Assembly (NCBI RefSeq): GCF_018350175.1
Contig: NC_058368.1
Coordinates: forward strand, 9,548,001-9,612,000
Reading direction: 5' to 3'
From: Felis catus
Taxonomy: Eukaryota
DNA length: 64,000 nt
In this document: in pieces, positions 1 to 13,474 of the stretch
How positions within the stretch are numbered: position 1 is the first letter of the stretch
Layout of the letters: each line of letters starts with the position of its first letter
Notes under the pieces: model-generated
Told to the model about the DNA's origin: nothing
Seen by the model: the letters and a program-made list of their open reading frames with translations, nothing else
The model's database searches: none
Made by a program: the position numbers and the translations under genes

Positions 1-209
1 CTCTCTCTCTCTCTCTCTCTCTCAAAAAAAAATTGGTCTACCAATTACTGATTATATGAGCATATTACTTACTATCTATACTCGTCATGTTCTTCCTCTA
101 TAAATGGAGATGTTAATACTTCATAGAATTTGTAAATCTATTTGTCACTAACATAACACGTTCAGTAAAATGTAAACACAGTACACAACTCAATAAATAT
201 TAATACCAT

Positions 210-1375
210 ATAACCACCAGTAGATGAAGATATAGAACACTTCCCAATATCTCAGAAAGCTTTTTCACGGTTCCTTTTAGTCAGTATCAACCCAGAAGGT
301 AAGCACTATCTGACCTTATTATCGTAAGTTACGTTTGCCTGTTCTAGTTTCAGAGAAATGGAATCCTACAGTACATACTTTTACTTGGTCTTTCTCTCAA
401 CATTACCTGTGAAATCCATCCATGTTCCTGCACGGAGCATGAGTTCATCTTCCTTCAATGTTGTGCGGTATTTTATTGTGTAAATATAATTACAACATAT
501 CTATTCTACCGTTGATGAACACTTGAGCTGTTTTCCATTTGACACTATTATTAAAGCTTCTACGAATATGGGGTTATGTTCATGGTAAACATAAGCATTC
601 ATTTCTTTGTTATGTACCCAGGAACAGAACTGCTGGATCATCAAGTACATGTAAGAGGAGCTTTAGTAAATGTAGCTAAACAGTTTTCCAAAGTGATGAC
701 GTCATGCTACATTCGCATCAACAATATATAGGAGTAGCAGTCACCCCATCCCAGCCATTCTGGTGGAGGTACAAGGGCATCTCATTATGGCTTTACTTTG
801 CCTTTCCTGACTATGGATGCTGAGCCCCTTTTCAACAATATGCTTCTTGGCCATGTAAACGCTGTCTTTTGTACAGTATCTATTCCAGTTTTTAGTTCAC
901 CTTTTTTTTTTCAATCAGTTGTCTTTTTCTTATTGATTTATTGACTGTCATTCTTTATATATTCTGGATGCAAGTCCTTTGTCAGATACATGCACTGTAA
1001 ATATCTTCTAGTATATGGCTTGCCTTTTCACTCTCTTAATGGTGTCGCTCTTCATGACGAGAAGTTCATAGTTTTAGAATTCTGATTTACCAAACTTTTC
1101 TCTTTAATAATTTTGTGTCCAGTTTCATAAGTCTGTGCTACTCCAAAATCATGATGTTATCCTTTCATGTTCTCTTCTGGAAGCTTTATCTTACTATCTT
1201 TTACATTTTAGGTAATGATCTATTTCAAATTAATTTTTCTATATGATGTGAGGTAGGAGGGGTCAAGATTTCCTCCCCCATGAATACTCAATTAACCCAG
1301 AAGGATTTAGTGACAAGACCCACCTTTCCCTACTAAACTGCAGTGGCACCTTCTGCATAAATCAAGTGATTTCAC
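210..1375 (-). mobile_element. Ancient LINE-1 (L1M-type) 3' ORF2/3'UTR fragment
   Basis: Reverse-complement L1 motifs (acagttttccaaagtg, ttctttatatattctggat, atatgatgtgaggtagg), highly diverged. Confidence 0.75.
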
Positions 1376-2022
1376 AAAAGCTAACCTTTAATGATAAGTC
1401 CCAGTTCTAAAAAGAACTTTAGACATTTTAGTTGTTAGGCCATGTTAGGCCTAACAGGTCATGTTAAGGTTAAGTCTTCCCTCATCATCCAACGAATAAA
1501 TCAATCACACCCAGAAATACATTGAATACTATAGGTCTTCAAATACATTGAACAACTATATGAGTTGTCTTGTATCCTCAAGGGTACCTTTTGTACTCCT
1601 CAGAAGCTTAATTTGATTTTTAAAAGTATTCAACTTATTAAAGTTAAAAAATGTAAAAATTCAGTTATTCCTTAAAACTTTTAGATTCAGCTTACAAATC
1701 TTTTCCTGTATACAAGACTGGCAGATTTTAGAAGTCATTTTTAAGATGCTTTTGAACAATGTTTTGTCCCATTTCAAACCTGGTTAATTAAATGCCACCA
1801 AAATTTTTTACCTACATTTATAAATGTATTTTATTTCCTTCTTAGTTCCTCAACTGTCTTACTCAATAAAGCATAATAATTTACATATAAATACTTTTAT
1901 AAACCTAGTAAATTAGACTTATAAATAAGCCTAAACTTCTCCTAAATGTTCCACAAAAGTGACTTACCATAAATTTTTATGTAAAAAATCACAGACCTCC
2001 ATTATTCCATAATACATTAAAA

Positions 2023-5000
2023 ATTTTTTTTAATGTTTAATTTTTGACAGAGAGAGCGTGAGCAGAGGAGGGGCAGAGAAAGAGGGAGACACAGAATCTG
2101 ATGCAGGCTCCAGGTTCCGAGCCGTCAGCACAGAGCCCGACGTGGGGCTCGAACTCACAGACCGCGAGATCATGACCTGAGCCAAAGTCGGACACTCAAC
2201 TGACTGAGCCACCCAGGCACCCCATATTCCATAATACACTTAAAGGTGGAATTGCATGTTTATCACCCTCACTAGCCATATCTCCTTAAATTACAAGTAC
2301 ATAAAAATAATAAGTAAATATGCAAATATGCACATATCCCTTAACAGAAAAATATTACTCTAATTCTCTTAGACATTTCTATTCTTAATTCTAAATCTTC
2401 CTGGAGTTGAAAGATGCTTATCCACTACAGAAGAAAACTGTCATCCAAGTTAACCAAGGGAAGATTTAACCAGAAATTTCAGCTGGTATGAGATCTGGAG
2501 CTACAGACACCCTCACACCAAATATTATGCAATACCATTGAATGTCACAGGGGTTCTTAACATTTTGCCATTATCCACAACCAGACGGCTGGGATAGAAA
2601 CTAAATCTTTGTCAGTAATTTTGAGGGGACATACTGATCCTTATTTAAAGCCGCTGTGCCTGTCATTCTACCACTTCAGAGGTGGGGGGAGAGGAGATGA
2701 TACCGTTACTAATTCATCAGTCTAATGGTAGAATTCTTCCACTCCCAGGAAGGTTAATTACCTGATTGTACTTTGCTCTTCTTTACCTAAAGATAGACAA
2801 GCCTTGTGTTTTCCATGAAACTCTAAAGACTTTTAAATCTGAAAAACTTGGGGCGCCGGGGTGGCTCAGTCAGTTGAGCATCCAACTCTTGATCTAGGCT
2901 CAGGTCATGATTCCAGGGTCATGGGATTGAGTTCCCAATCGGACTCTGCACGGAGCATGGAGCCTGCTTAAGAGTCTCTCTCTCCCTCTCCGTCCCTCTT
3001 CCCTACTGGTGCTCTCTCTAGAATAAAAAATAAATAAATAAAAATAAAAGTAAATTTGAGGGGCGCCTGGGTGGCTCAGTTGGTTGAGCATCCAACTTTA
3101 GCTCAGGTCATGATCTCACAGTCTGTGAGTTTGAGCCCCACGTCGGGCTCTGTGCTGACGGCTCAGAGCCTGGAGCCTGCTTCAGACCCTGTGTCTCCCT
3201 CTCTCTCTGCCCCTCCCCCACTCACGCTCTGTCTCTCTCTATCAAGAAATGAATAAACGTTAAAAAAATTTTTTTAAAAATAAATAAATTTGAACACTTA
3301 AAATATTTATTCTCTGCCTAACTCTAAAGACCTCAAAACTAGATGTATAATGGCACTCTTACGGGTTATAAAGGCTACACAATTTCTACAAATATTAAAA
3401 TTATACCAGTTGAACTTTAGTTATCTCACAGTTCTTTGTCTAGCTTATAGTCAAGTTCTAGGATTATCCTATTTATTTTTAAAACACACAGACACAAAAA
3501 ACATATGAGATAGTCCCTGCATCCAAGAAGCTTAAAATTTGGCTAAAAATATATTCATATTTTAAGAAATATACTGGACATCCCGTTCTGTCCACACATA
3601 AATCTTACAGCTAAAGCCTTGCTGAGCAGCTCCCCACTAAACTAGAAACAAGAGTCCTCAAAGACAACAAATTGTAGGATAAGACCTTCAAGAACTTATA
3701 ATAATAGTAGTATGAAAAAACACAGTAACAACAACAAAAATAAGCTGAAACCCTTCCCACTATCAACCGTGTAGGAATTCTGGATAAAATGTAACAAATA
3801 CCCTTTTACATACATAGGTGATATTACCAGAGGATAAGAGAAATACCTAATGGCCAAAAAACAAATAAAAGAGAGCTGATGACATGAGTCCTTTAGGCTT
3901 TCCAGGCCTCACACACTTAAGGACTTGAGATTTAAAATTTTTTTTTTTAACCTTTATTTATTTTTGAGACAGAGACAGAGCATGAACGGGGGAGGGGCAG
4001 AGAGAGAGGGAGACACAGAATCGGAAGCAGGCTCCAGGCTCTGAGCCGTCAGCCCAGAGCCCGACGCAGGGCTCGAACTCACGGACCGCGAGATCGTGAC
4101 CTGAGCTGAAGTCAGGCGCTTAACCGACTGAGCCCCCCAGGCGCCCCAAGGACTTGAGATTTAATGGCCACACAGAAAGACCTGAGACAAGGCCTGAGGC
4201 CCCACGTCAATCAAAGAAGTTGCACTGAGACTATCACATAAAGCCAGGACTGTCCAAGGACTACAATCTCAGTGAAAGAGTTGAATTTATTTATTTATTT
4301 TTAAACGTTTATTTATTATTGAGAGACAGAGCGTGGGAGGGGCAGAGACACAGAATCCGAAGCAGGCTCCAGGCTCTGAGCTGTCAGCACAGGGCCCGAC
4401 GCGGGCACTCGAACTCATCAACAGTGAGACCATGACCTGAGCCGAAGTCAGACACCCGACCGACTGAGCCATCCAGGCGCCCCAAGAGTTGAATTTAAAA
4501 CACACATGTGGAAGAAGCAAGTACATCTGTTTATCTGGCCTATGTTCCAAATTTGTGGAGTGAAGCAAATGTCTCCCCTAGAAATAGTAACCAAGGGCCT
4601 GCTGTCATGTGACTTGGGATTCAGTTTTATAGCTCAAAGAAATTTTCCTAAAAGTGGTCCTGGGCAGGTAACATTCCAGGGCACCTGGCTGAAGCAAACA
4701 CAGACTCTCGGGAGTGACATCCCTCCAAACAAGCCACATCTTAAAATGACTAAAACCATGGAGAGACATTAACTTTACCACCAACAAGAGCCATCAGGAA
4801 AAAAAAAAGAAAAAGCTAAAACTCCCAATAACTTCTGATAATAGAACTATCAATTATAGACTATAAAATGAATGTTTAAGATGGTTTTGGGGGGCACCTG
4901 GGGGGCTCAGTCAGTTAAGCATCCAATTTTGGCTCAGGTTGTGATCTCACGGTCATGTTGGGCTCTGCACTGGGCATGGAACCTGCTTAAGATTCTCTGT

Positions 5001-5297
5001 CTCCCTCTCTCTCTGCTCCTCTCCCCCACTTGCATGCACACATGCTATCCCTCTCTCTCAAAATAAATAAATAAATAAAATAATTTTTTTAAAAAAGATG
5101 GTTTTTAAAAGCATAAAGAATTTGAAACAGGGGCACCTGGGTGGCTCCGTCAGTTAAGCATCCGACTCTTGATCTCAGCTCAGGTCATGATCTCACGGTT
5201 TCATGGGTTCGAGCCCCATATCAGGATCTGTGCTGACAGTGTGGAGCCAGCCTGGGATTCTCTCTCTCTCCTGTCTTTCTGCCTCTCCCCAACTCGT

Positions 5298-5328
<31 letters not shown>

Positions 5329-5360
5329 AAATAAACATTTTAAAAAATTTTAAAAAAAAA
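2023..5360. mobile_element. Cluster of CanSINEs: 2023-2223(-), 2850-3055(+), 3060-3290(+), 3936-4147(-), 4285-4483(-), 4890-5097(+), 5130-5360(+)
   Basis: tRNA-derived head ggggcgcctgggtggctcagtcggtt, (CT)n tract and A tail; TSDs such as aaggacttgagattta, aagagttgaattta and aaagaatttgaaa. Confidence 0.92.
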
Positions 5361-5399
5361 GAATTTGAAAGGAAAGAAATACAAGTCTTAAGGAATATA

Positions 5400-5785
5400 A
5401 GTGAAAATAAAGCCACACTTAGATAAGTCATCACAGAACTGTTTAACACCAAAGACAAAAATAAAATCAGGAAAACACGGGGAGAGAAAAGACAAGTTAT
5501 CTACAGTTAGGCTGATAATGTAAATGAGAAGGCAAAAATAATACAATTACTAATGTCCTCTTCAAAGCATAGAGAACAAAGAATCTAGTATTCGATACTA
5601 AACTATCATTTAAAACTTACAGGAAAATAAGTCTGAGACAAAACCTGAGGGTTTACCACTAAAAGAGACATGTGTAAGAACTACTGAAGAATGTACTTCC
5701 GCAAAGAAACTGATTCTAGAAAGAGTGCAATGCAAGGAATGGTGAACAAAACAATTGGTAAACACATGGATAAACCGAAGCATTT
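5400..5785 (+). mobile_element. Ancient L1 ORF1-region fragment
   Basis: A-rich, with accaaagacaaaaataaaatc...gagagaaaagacaagttatctac resembling L1M ORF1. Confidence 0.5.
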
Positions 5786-6024
5786 TATTAGCTCATTCAT
5801 TCGACAAATATTTACCGAATGCCTACACTATGCCCAGCACTATTCTTGGTGTTGGGGGTACAGCAGTGAAAAGGTCAAAGGCCTTGACCTCACAGAGCTT
5901 CCAATGTAGTAGGGATAGTTAACAGTAAGTGTAGACCATAGTATCAGGCGTCAATAAGGACTGTGAAGAAAAGCAAAGCAGAATAAGAGGACCGAGTGAC
6001 GACAAGCGAGGGGGTACATTTTTT

Positions 6025-6545
6025 AAAACATTTTTTGAGTATAGCTGACACATAACATTACATTACTTTTACATGTACAACATAGTGATTCAACATCTCT
6101 ATGTTATGCTGTGCTCACCACAAGTGGAGCAACCATCTGTCACCATACAACGTTATTACAATATCATCGACTACATTCCCTAGGCTTTACTTTTTTTTTT
6201 AATATGAAATTTATTGTCAAATTGGTTTCCATACAACACCCAGTGCTCCTCCCAACAGGTGCCCTCCTCCATGCCCATCACCCACTTTCCCCTCTCCCCC
6301 ACCCCCATCCACCCTCAGTTTATTCTCAGTTTTTAAGAGTCTCTTGTGGTTTGGCTCCCTCCCTCTCTAATTTTTTTTTTCCCTTTCCCCTCCCCCATGG
6401 TCTTCTGTTAAGTCTCTCAGGATCCACCTAAGAGTGAAAACATATAGTAGCCTAGGCTTTACTTTTTGTTCCCATGGCTTATTCGCTCTATACGTGGAAG
6501 CCTGTACCTCCAACTCCCCTTCACCCATTTTGCCCATCCCTGCGC
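6025..6545 (-). mobile_element. Old L1 3' end (L1MA-like) with a nested young feline L1 3' end at about 6196-6450
   Basis: 17-bp TSD cctaggctttacttttt at 6179-6195 and 6451-6467 flanks a poly-T-started feline L1 3'UTR (aatatgaaatttattgtcaaattggtttcc). Confidence 0.8.
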
Positions 6546-8315
6546 TCCGCCCCCTGCCAGGGGGATAAATATTTTAAATAAGGTGGTCAGGGTAAGACTT
6601 TATAGGTGACATGTGAAGAAAGACCTAAATAAGGTGTCATCTAAATAAACATTAGTCTTCTAAATATCTATTGGGGCTGGGGGGAGGGGGGAGGGGAATG
6701 GGTGATGAAAACCACAAATATTTCTTGAGCACATCCTCATGCGCCAGGCTGTTCTTCACATTTGACTTGTATTCAATCACTTAATTCTCAAAATAACCCC
6801 ACGAGGTAACCGTACTATTGATCTCCATTTTACAGAGAAGGAAAACGAGGGAAACATTGAATGGCATGTCCTCACAGACACTGATGACAAAATTAGGATG
6901 AACCCTCAAAGTCTGACTAATTCTCAAGCTCCCGGCAAAGGAAGCCGCCTTCCTAGAATCTGATTTCCTAGAGCACAGGAATCTTCCTCTTATTCTTTGC
7001 ATCCATAGTGTCTAGGACACCGTGGCTGCTGGGTACATTGAGCTGGATCGGACAGAGAAGAAGAGAGATGAGGACTAGCGAACAAGAGGCAGCCATGAGG
7101 GAAAGAGAAGAGGCCACAGTCAAGAAAGAAAAAGAAGAAGAAGAAAGGAGTACTGTAATGTCACAGAAGTCCTATGAAGAAAGTTCCAAGGAAGAAAGAT
7201 GGTAAACATTACCAAATGTTACAAAAGTTAAATACAGGAAGTCTTGAGACTTGTAGGCATTCGGTCATTAAATTAGGAAGTTCTCTTCAAGAATTCAGTC
7301 CCAATATCGCAATGATGGAGACCCAAGATCTCTAGTTATTCAGGAAAGTGTGGCCATGAGAGACGAAACAGGCACAGTCCACATTCCACAGTCTGCCAAG
7401 GGAGCAAAGGGGGGCAGTGACAGCAGCTCAAGTGCAGCAAGGTGAAGATTTTTTTTTTCCGATAAAAATTGAAAAATCCTAATGTGTTAGGATTTCGTTC
7501 TGACTTACCACTATTTTGTGCCCATTCCTTAGTTTACCCCTAATGAATTAAAATTTCTATCTTTCAGTTGTCTTTCCTGTAACATAAAAAAAAATGGTAG
7601 AAATACCAAGTTTCTAGGTACTTATTGTAATACATATCTACAATTCCAAAATAAAGACTTCAAATAGGTGACTAAGTTCTACAAAACAAGAGAAATGTCC
7701 CCTAGGGTAAACTTACATAAAAGAAATAAAATAATATGAAATAGCCAAACAAAATGACCTCCCACTCTCGGGATACGTTCAAGCAGAATTTAGACCCCGG
7801 AAAACATCTACTCCTTCTGTCCTCACTCTCAGATGACCTTGCTTGCTTTTTTTTTTCCCTTCATCGAAATAACCAGAAGAGAATTTTCACAAATGCTCAC
7901 CTCTCTACCTACACACTTCTCTACATCCAGACCCTTGTGACAACGAGCCTTCCCTCCGGTTACCATGAATCGGCTGTCCATGCACCCCTGCCCTTGTACA
8001 CTAGACCCCATCTCCCTGTCCACTCCGGAACACTGCCCAATACCATCCCCTCCCTCCCTGGCGTCATCAGTTTCCCCCTCCCTTGCAGCATTCTCGCCAG
8101 CCTACAAACACCCTGCCAGTCGTCTCCTCTCTAAAACAACAAATCTTGACCCTGCGTCTCCCCCAACTACCGCTCAATTTCTCTGCTCCCCTTCTCAGCA
8201 CACACTCTTTGTTTTCAAATCCTCTCCACCCACCCTGCTATTTGCTACCATTCCATGAAAAGTGTTCAGCACAGTCACCGATGAGCTCTATGTCACTAAA
8301 TCTAATAAAGTTTTC

Positions 8316-9040
8316 TTTTTTTTTTTAATTTTTTTAATGTCTATTTATTATTGAGAGACAGAGAGAGACAGAGCATGAGCATGGGAGGGGCAGAGAGAGG
8401 GAGACACAGAATCCAAAGCAGGCTCCAGGCTCTGAGCTGCCAGCACAGAGCCTGACGTGGGGCTCAAACCCACAAACCGCGAGATCATGACCGGAGCCGA
8501 AGTCAGACACTTAACCGACTGAGCCACCCAGGAACCCCTAAACATTTTTTTTTTATGTTTATTTATTTTTGAGAGAGACAGTGTGTGAACAGGAGAGGGG
8601 CAAAGAGAGAGGGAGACAGTATCCTAAGTAGGCTCCAGGCTCTGAGCTGTCAGCACAGAGCCCAATGAGAGGCTAAAACCCACGAACCTCAAGATCAGGA
8701 CCTGAGCTGAAGTCGGAGGCTTAACCAACTGAGCCACTAATACAATTCTCAATCCTTATCTTACTTGACCTACATGCAGAATTAGATAAAGCTGTTTATT
8801 AGAATCCTTAAACCCCAATTTCTCCTTAAAAAAAATAGGGATGATAGGGGCAGCCTGGGTGGCTCAGTTGGTTGAGTGTCAGACTTTGGCTCAGGTCAGG
8901 ATCTCACATGACATTCATGAGTTCCAGCCCCGTGTCGGGCTCTCCACTGTCATTAAGAAGCCTACTTTGGATCCTCTGTCTTTGCATCTCCCCCATTCAC
9001 ACTCTGTCTCAAAAATAAATAATAAAGCATTTAAAAAATA
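8316..9040. mobile_element. CanSINEs 8316-8539(-), 8545-8737(-), 8847-9040(+)
   Basis: SINEC head, body and tail motifs. Confidence 0.9.
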
Positions 9041-9972
9041 GAGTTGATAATAATAGTATCCATTTTGGAGGGAGGTTGTAAGGATTAAGAAATAAATCCG
9101 GTGAAGAGTTTATTAGCACAGTACCTGGTTCACAATTAGGAACTCAATAAATGTCAGTTATTATGGTTAATCAACACTGCCAGCCACTACAAATATTCTA
9201 GCTGCTAAAAATAAAGCCCACTCCACACTCCAGAAACAGAATCTTGGCAGAAAATGGGACTCTAGAATGTTTTTTAAAAAGGGAAAAGGGGTATAATCTC
9301 AACCTGCCAATCATATGAGACAAATAACCTGTTCCGCCATATAAAGAATGATCTTAAAATTTCCTTCTTAAAATTCCTTACTCGCTGATGATCTGTAAAT
9401 AACTAACACTAACCCCAACCTCTCAAGTTCTGGTTCTCATTTCCAGTTCCTATATAAATAGCTTGGTCTAGATATTTAATTAACTGCTCCAATTTTTCTC
9501 TCATTCTCTGCATGTCATTAATCACCAAATCCTGTCCATTCTACCTCACTAATGGCTCTCACAAAACCATACGCTTAAGAGGACAAGGACGGACTGTGTC
9601 TGTTTCTGAATCCCACCATACCCCCAGCGCAGCACTGGCACCTGGCACAGTACTTGGCATATCATAGGTGCCAGCATCCTGGCTCAAGCTTCCCAGGATG
9701 CCTGGATTATTCTCTCTTATTGGCTTTTTGAGGCCAAGGTCTGTATGCCTGTTACCTTTATACTTTTCACAAGGCCAAAGATCATGCCTAACATAGGGTG
9801 AATGCTCCTAAGATATACGCTGGATAGATCATGATACAGTGTCTTTATTCCTAAGACTTCAAAACAATTTTACAAAACAATCTCATCATAATCTACATGT
9901 TACAGGGAGAAACATGAAGGTTGGAGAAATGAATGTAACTTGGAAGACTAGTCAATTAGTGGTGGAACTGCT

Positions 9973-9974
<2 letters not shown>

Positions 9975-10018
<44 letters not shown>
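9975..10018. repeat. (CA)n microsatellite
   Basis: Perfect AC run of about 22 units. Confidence 0.98.
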
Positions 10019-10020
<2 letters not shown>

Positions 10021-10374
10021 CTTGCTCTCCTGCCTCTTCATCTCCGGAAAGTAACTGAGCCACAATCTGGATGAAACACCTATAAGGATGAGATGGTAGT
10101 TTACTCTCTATTGGTACTTGACCTTGGCCTTACTTGATCTTTTTCCACTGCAAATCAGGCTTTAAAATGCTAGCAGTGACATAATCTATTTAGGTATCCA
10201 AAGAAACATAAAGCAACAACCCTAATACCAAGTCAATAAGAATTTCCTCTTTGCTGAAATTCTACAGAATAGCACAAATCGGATAAAAAATAATTTTACT
10301 ATTTCTGTGTACACAGAAACACATTATGCCATTTCCCTTCGTTCCAGATGAAACAACATTAAAGGGCCTATTAA

Positions 10375-10867
10375 GGGGCGCCTGGGTGGCGCAGTCAGTT
10401 AAGCGTCCAACTTCAGCCAGGTCACGATCTCGCGGTCCGGGAGTTCGAGCCCCGCGTCGGGCTCTGGGCTGATGGCTCGGAGCCTGGAGCCTGTTTCCGA
10501 TTCTGTGTCTCCCTCTCTCTCTGCCCCTCCCTCGTTCATGCTCTGTCTCTCTCTGTCCCAAAAATAAATTAAAAAAAAAATAAAGAAAAAAATAAAAAAA
10601 TAAAAAAAATAAAGGGCCTATTAAGAGTTCTACTTTAGGGGCGCCTGGGTGGCGCAGTCGGTTAAGCGTCCGACTTCAGCCAGGTCACGATCTCCCGGTC
10701 CGTGAGTTCGAGCGTCGCGTCAGGCTCTGGGCTGATGGCTCGGAGCCTGGAGCCTGTTTCCGATTCTGTGTCTCCCTCTCTCTCTGCCCCTCCCCCATTC
10801 ATGCTCTGTCTCTCTCTGTCCCAAAAATAAATAAAAACGTTGAAGAAAAGAAAAAAAAAAAAAAAAA
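10375..10867 (+). mobile_element. Two adjacent young feline SINEs (SINEC_Fc type), 10375-10609 and 10638-10866
   Basis: Diagnostic gtggcgcagtc...cagccaggtcacgatctc...gggctgatggctc; each has its own TSD. Confidence 0.95.
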
Positions 10868-12358
10868 AGAGTTCTATTTTACCTGCACAGAATGAGCCAA
10901 ATGATTAATTTCAGGCTTGTGGATCCTATTCCTACTGACATCTATCCCAAAAGCTGCAACTTAAAAAGACCTAATGCATTTATTTTTTAAGTTGATTACA
11001 GAATAGTCTCTTGAATATATGCTACATCAAACATGGCTCCGATGCAGAAAATCTCTTCCATCGCTTCAGATCTCACCAGGAGAGACCATTTTTAAATGGT
11101 CTCATTAAAAAGAATACACTAAATAAACTTACATGGAAAATATTATAAATAATTTAATTAATACAAAATACCCTGTCACTCAGGACACGAAAAATGATCT
11201 GGAGGCTTCATCTCCCTGGAGTTTAGTTCTAATATTGCCACTAGCTCCTATCATAACCCATTTGTAGCTCAGCTGCCTCACATTTAAGGCAATGAATCTA
11301 ATTCATTTTCAAAGATTGCTTTGATACATGCAAGCAGCTGCTGGTGATTTAAAACATGGAATCATGATGGAACTCAGCAGACATATGACATAGAAGGCAT
11401 AACTTGAAACGATGCACAAACCACTGCCGGAAACCACAGTGTAAGGATTACCTTAGCGTGCAGAAACAGGGATTGAGAAGTGTTAGAAGTGTGAGAAGTC
11501 CATTAAGTGAAAAGGACAGAACTACGAGCAGGGTTGCCAAATTTGTAACTAATGCCAAACAGATCAGATGCATCCCAGAAACATTTTGTCCGAAACAAGG
11601 TAAATTATATTCTCCTATTGACTCACACTGTAATTCCAGTGTAGTGTTCCCATAGGGGAAAAAAAAAACCCAAACGTAACTATATTTAAAATATCAATAA
11701 GTATCTTCAGCTTCTTTATTCTCTCACAATCTCTAATGAGAATTTAACCAAGTAGGTAAGAGACCTATCTATGTACTAGGATATATTAAAACACACCCAT
11801 AGATACCACTGAATACATGTAGGAAAGTAACACAGCAAAGCAGATATAAATGAGGTGAAAAGATTTAGACTCAAATCCCGGTTCTGCCACTTACTTATTC
11901 AGATGACTTTGGGAAAATAACAAACTCCGTAAGCTTCGATTTCCTCAGCTGTAAATGGGGTTCATAATAATAAATTAGCAATAGTAATGTGAGCAAAGAA
12001 TAATAGTAGCTACTTCGTGGAATTGTTGGAGGTTTCAATAAGATAATGCTTATAAAACATACAGTAAGTGGCCATTAATTAGTTTTCATCCCTTCCCTGA
12101 AAATGATCACCCACTTCACAAGACTTGGACATTTACAAAATCATAACTTCTCTGCCAGAGTTATTCACGATGTTTCAGAAAACAAAGGATGTATGCAGAA
12201 TGAGCAGGGATGAAATAAAGGAATTTTATAAAGAAGGTTATAATTTTTTAATTCTGTTATTCTTATTTATCTGAACAATAATATTGCAGTACTTTATTCC
12301 AGAATTGGCCATTCGTTTTAATTACTCATTATATGTCAGTTACTTAGGCATTAAATTC

Positions 12359-12572
12359 CTTTTTTTTTTCAACGTTTATTTATTTTTGGGACAGAGAGAG
12401 ACAGAGCATAAACGAGGGAGGGGCAGAGAGAGAGGGAGACACAGAATCGGAAACAGGCTCCAGGCTCCGAGCCATCAGCCCAGAGCCTGACGCGGGGCTC
12501 GAACTCACAGGCCGCGAGATCGTGACCTGGCTGAAGTCGGACGCTCAACCGACTGCGCCACCCAGGTGCCCC
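12359..12572 (-). mobile_element. Young feline SINE (SINEC_Fc type)
   Basis: Reverse-complement copy of the same subfamily; TSD ttaaattc. Confidence 0.95.
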
Positions 12573-13474
12573 TTAAATTCTTTTAATTAATTCCATCAGG
12601 TAGAGATTCCCACTTTACATACAACAAAACTAACATTTGGAGAAATTAAATAACTCGCTCAAGGTCCTGAAGCAAGTGAGTGGCAGGAATGGAATTCAAA
12701 CTCAGATCTCATGGATTTAACTCAAGTGCCTCCCCATGAAACCAAGAATATCTAAGGACTATACCCACTACTCACTATCCCTACGTGAAAATTTCATTAC
12801 GTTTTGTTGTATGTGACCTGTAGAAGAAACAAAACCGTAAAAAGAGGAAAGTATTATACAACTCTAACCTCCCAAAACTTCAAACCCTAAACTTACAATC
12901 TTAGTATTTTATCAGCCCATGCACAATACTCAAGAATTCTTTCACTGGTAGAACCTTGTGAAGTTATCAAAAGTTTTCCCATTGTTGTTGATGATACACA
13001 TGAGAATGGGAACCTGTTCCCACCCAACCCACCGCCACCCCCCACCTCTCCCCCAAACAATATATAGTCTTGGATTTGTTTTTATTAAGGTTTTCTGGTC
13101 CATAAAAAATCTTTATATATAATGGCTATATACAGGGAAAACTCTTTTTTAGTTTAGTATGGAGAAACGAGGTTCAGAGAAATACATTCTGGTCCATTCA
13201 TCTGTCACTTTCATTAAGAATAAGGATTAAAAATAAATAAAATCTGTGTTATGGGCAGTTAACAGAGGATAAATAAAAGGAAACAGTGGGCTAATGATGT
13301 TTCTCTAATAAGAAGTTTTCAGTAAGTTTTCATCAATGGGAAATTACCAGCCACACTTTTTTATTCAGTTTGAGCCACAAATATTAGAGTTAATATCTGT
13401 GGCCACAGCTTTTTAAAATAAATCATGGTGCTCTAGCAATTTGGAACAGATATTTCCTATATTGTAAATTATTT

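Noticed and set aside
3060..3140. tRNA-like A/B box sequences
   Set aside because: They are tRNA-derived SINE heads followed by (CT)n and A tails, not tRNA genes.
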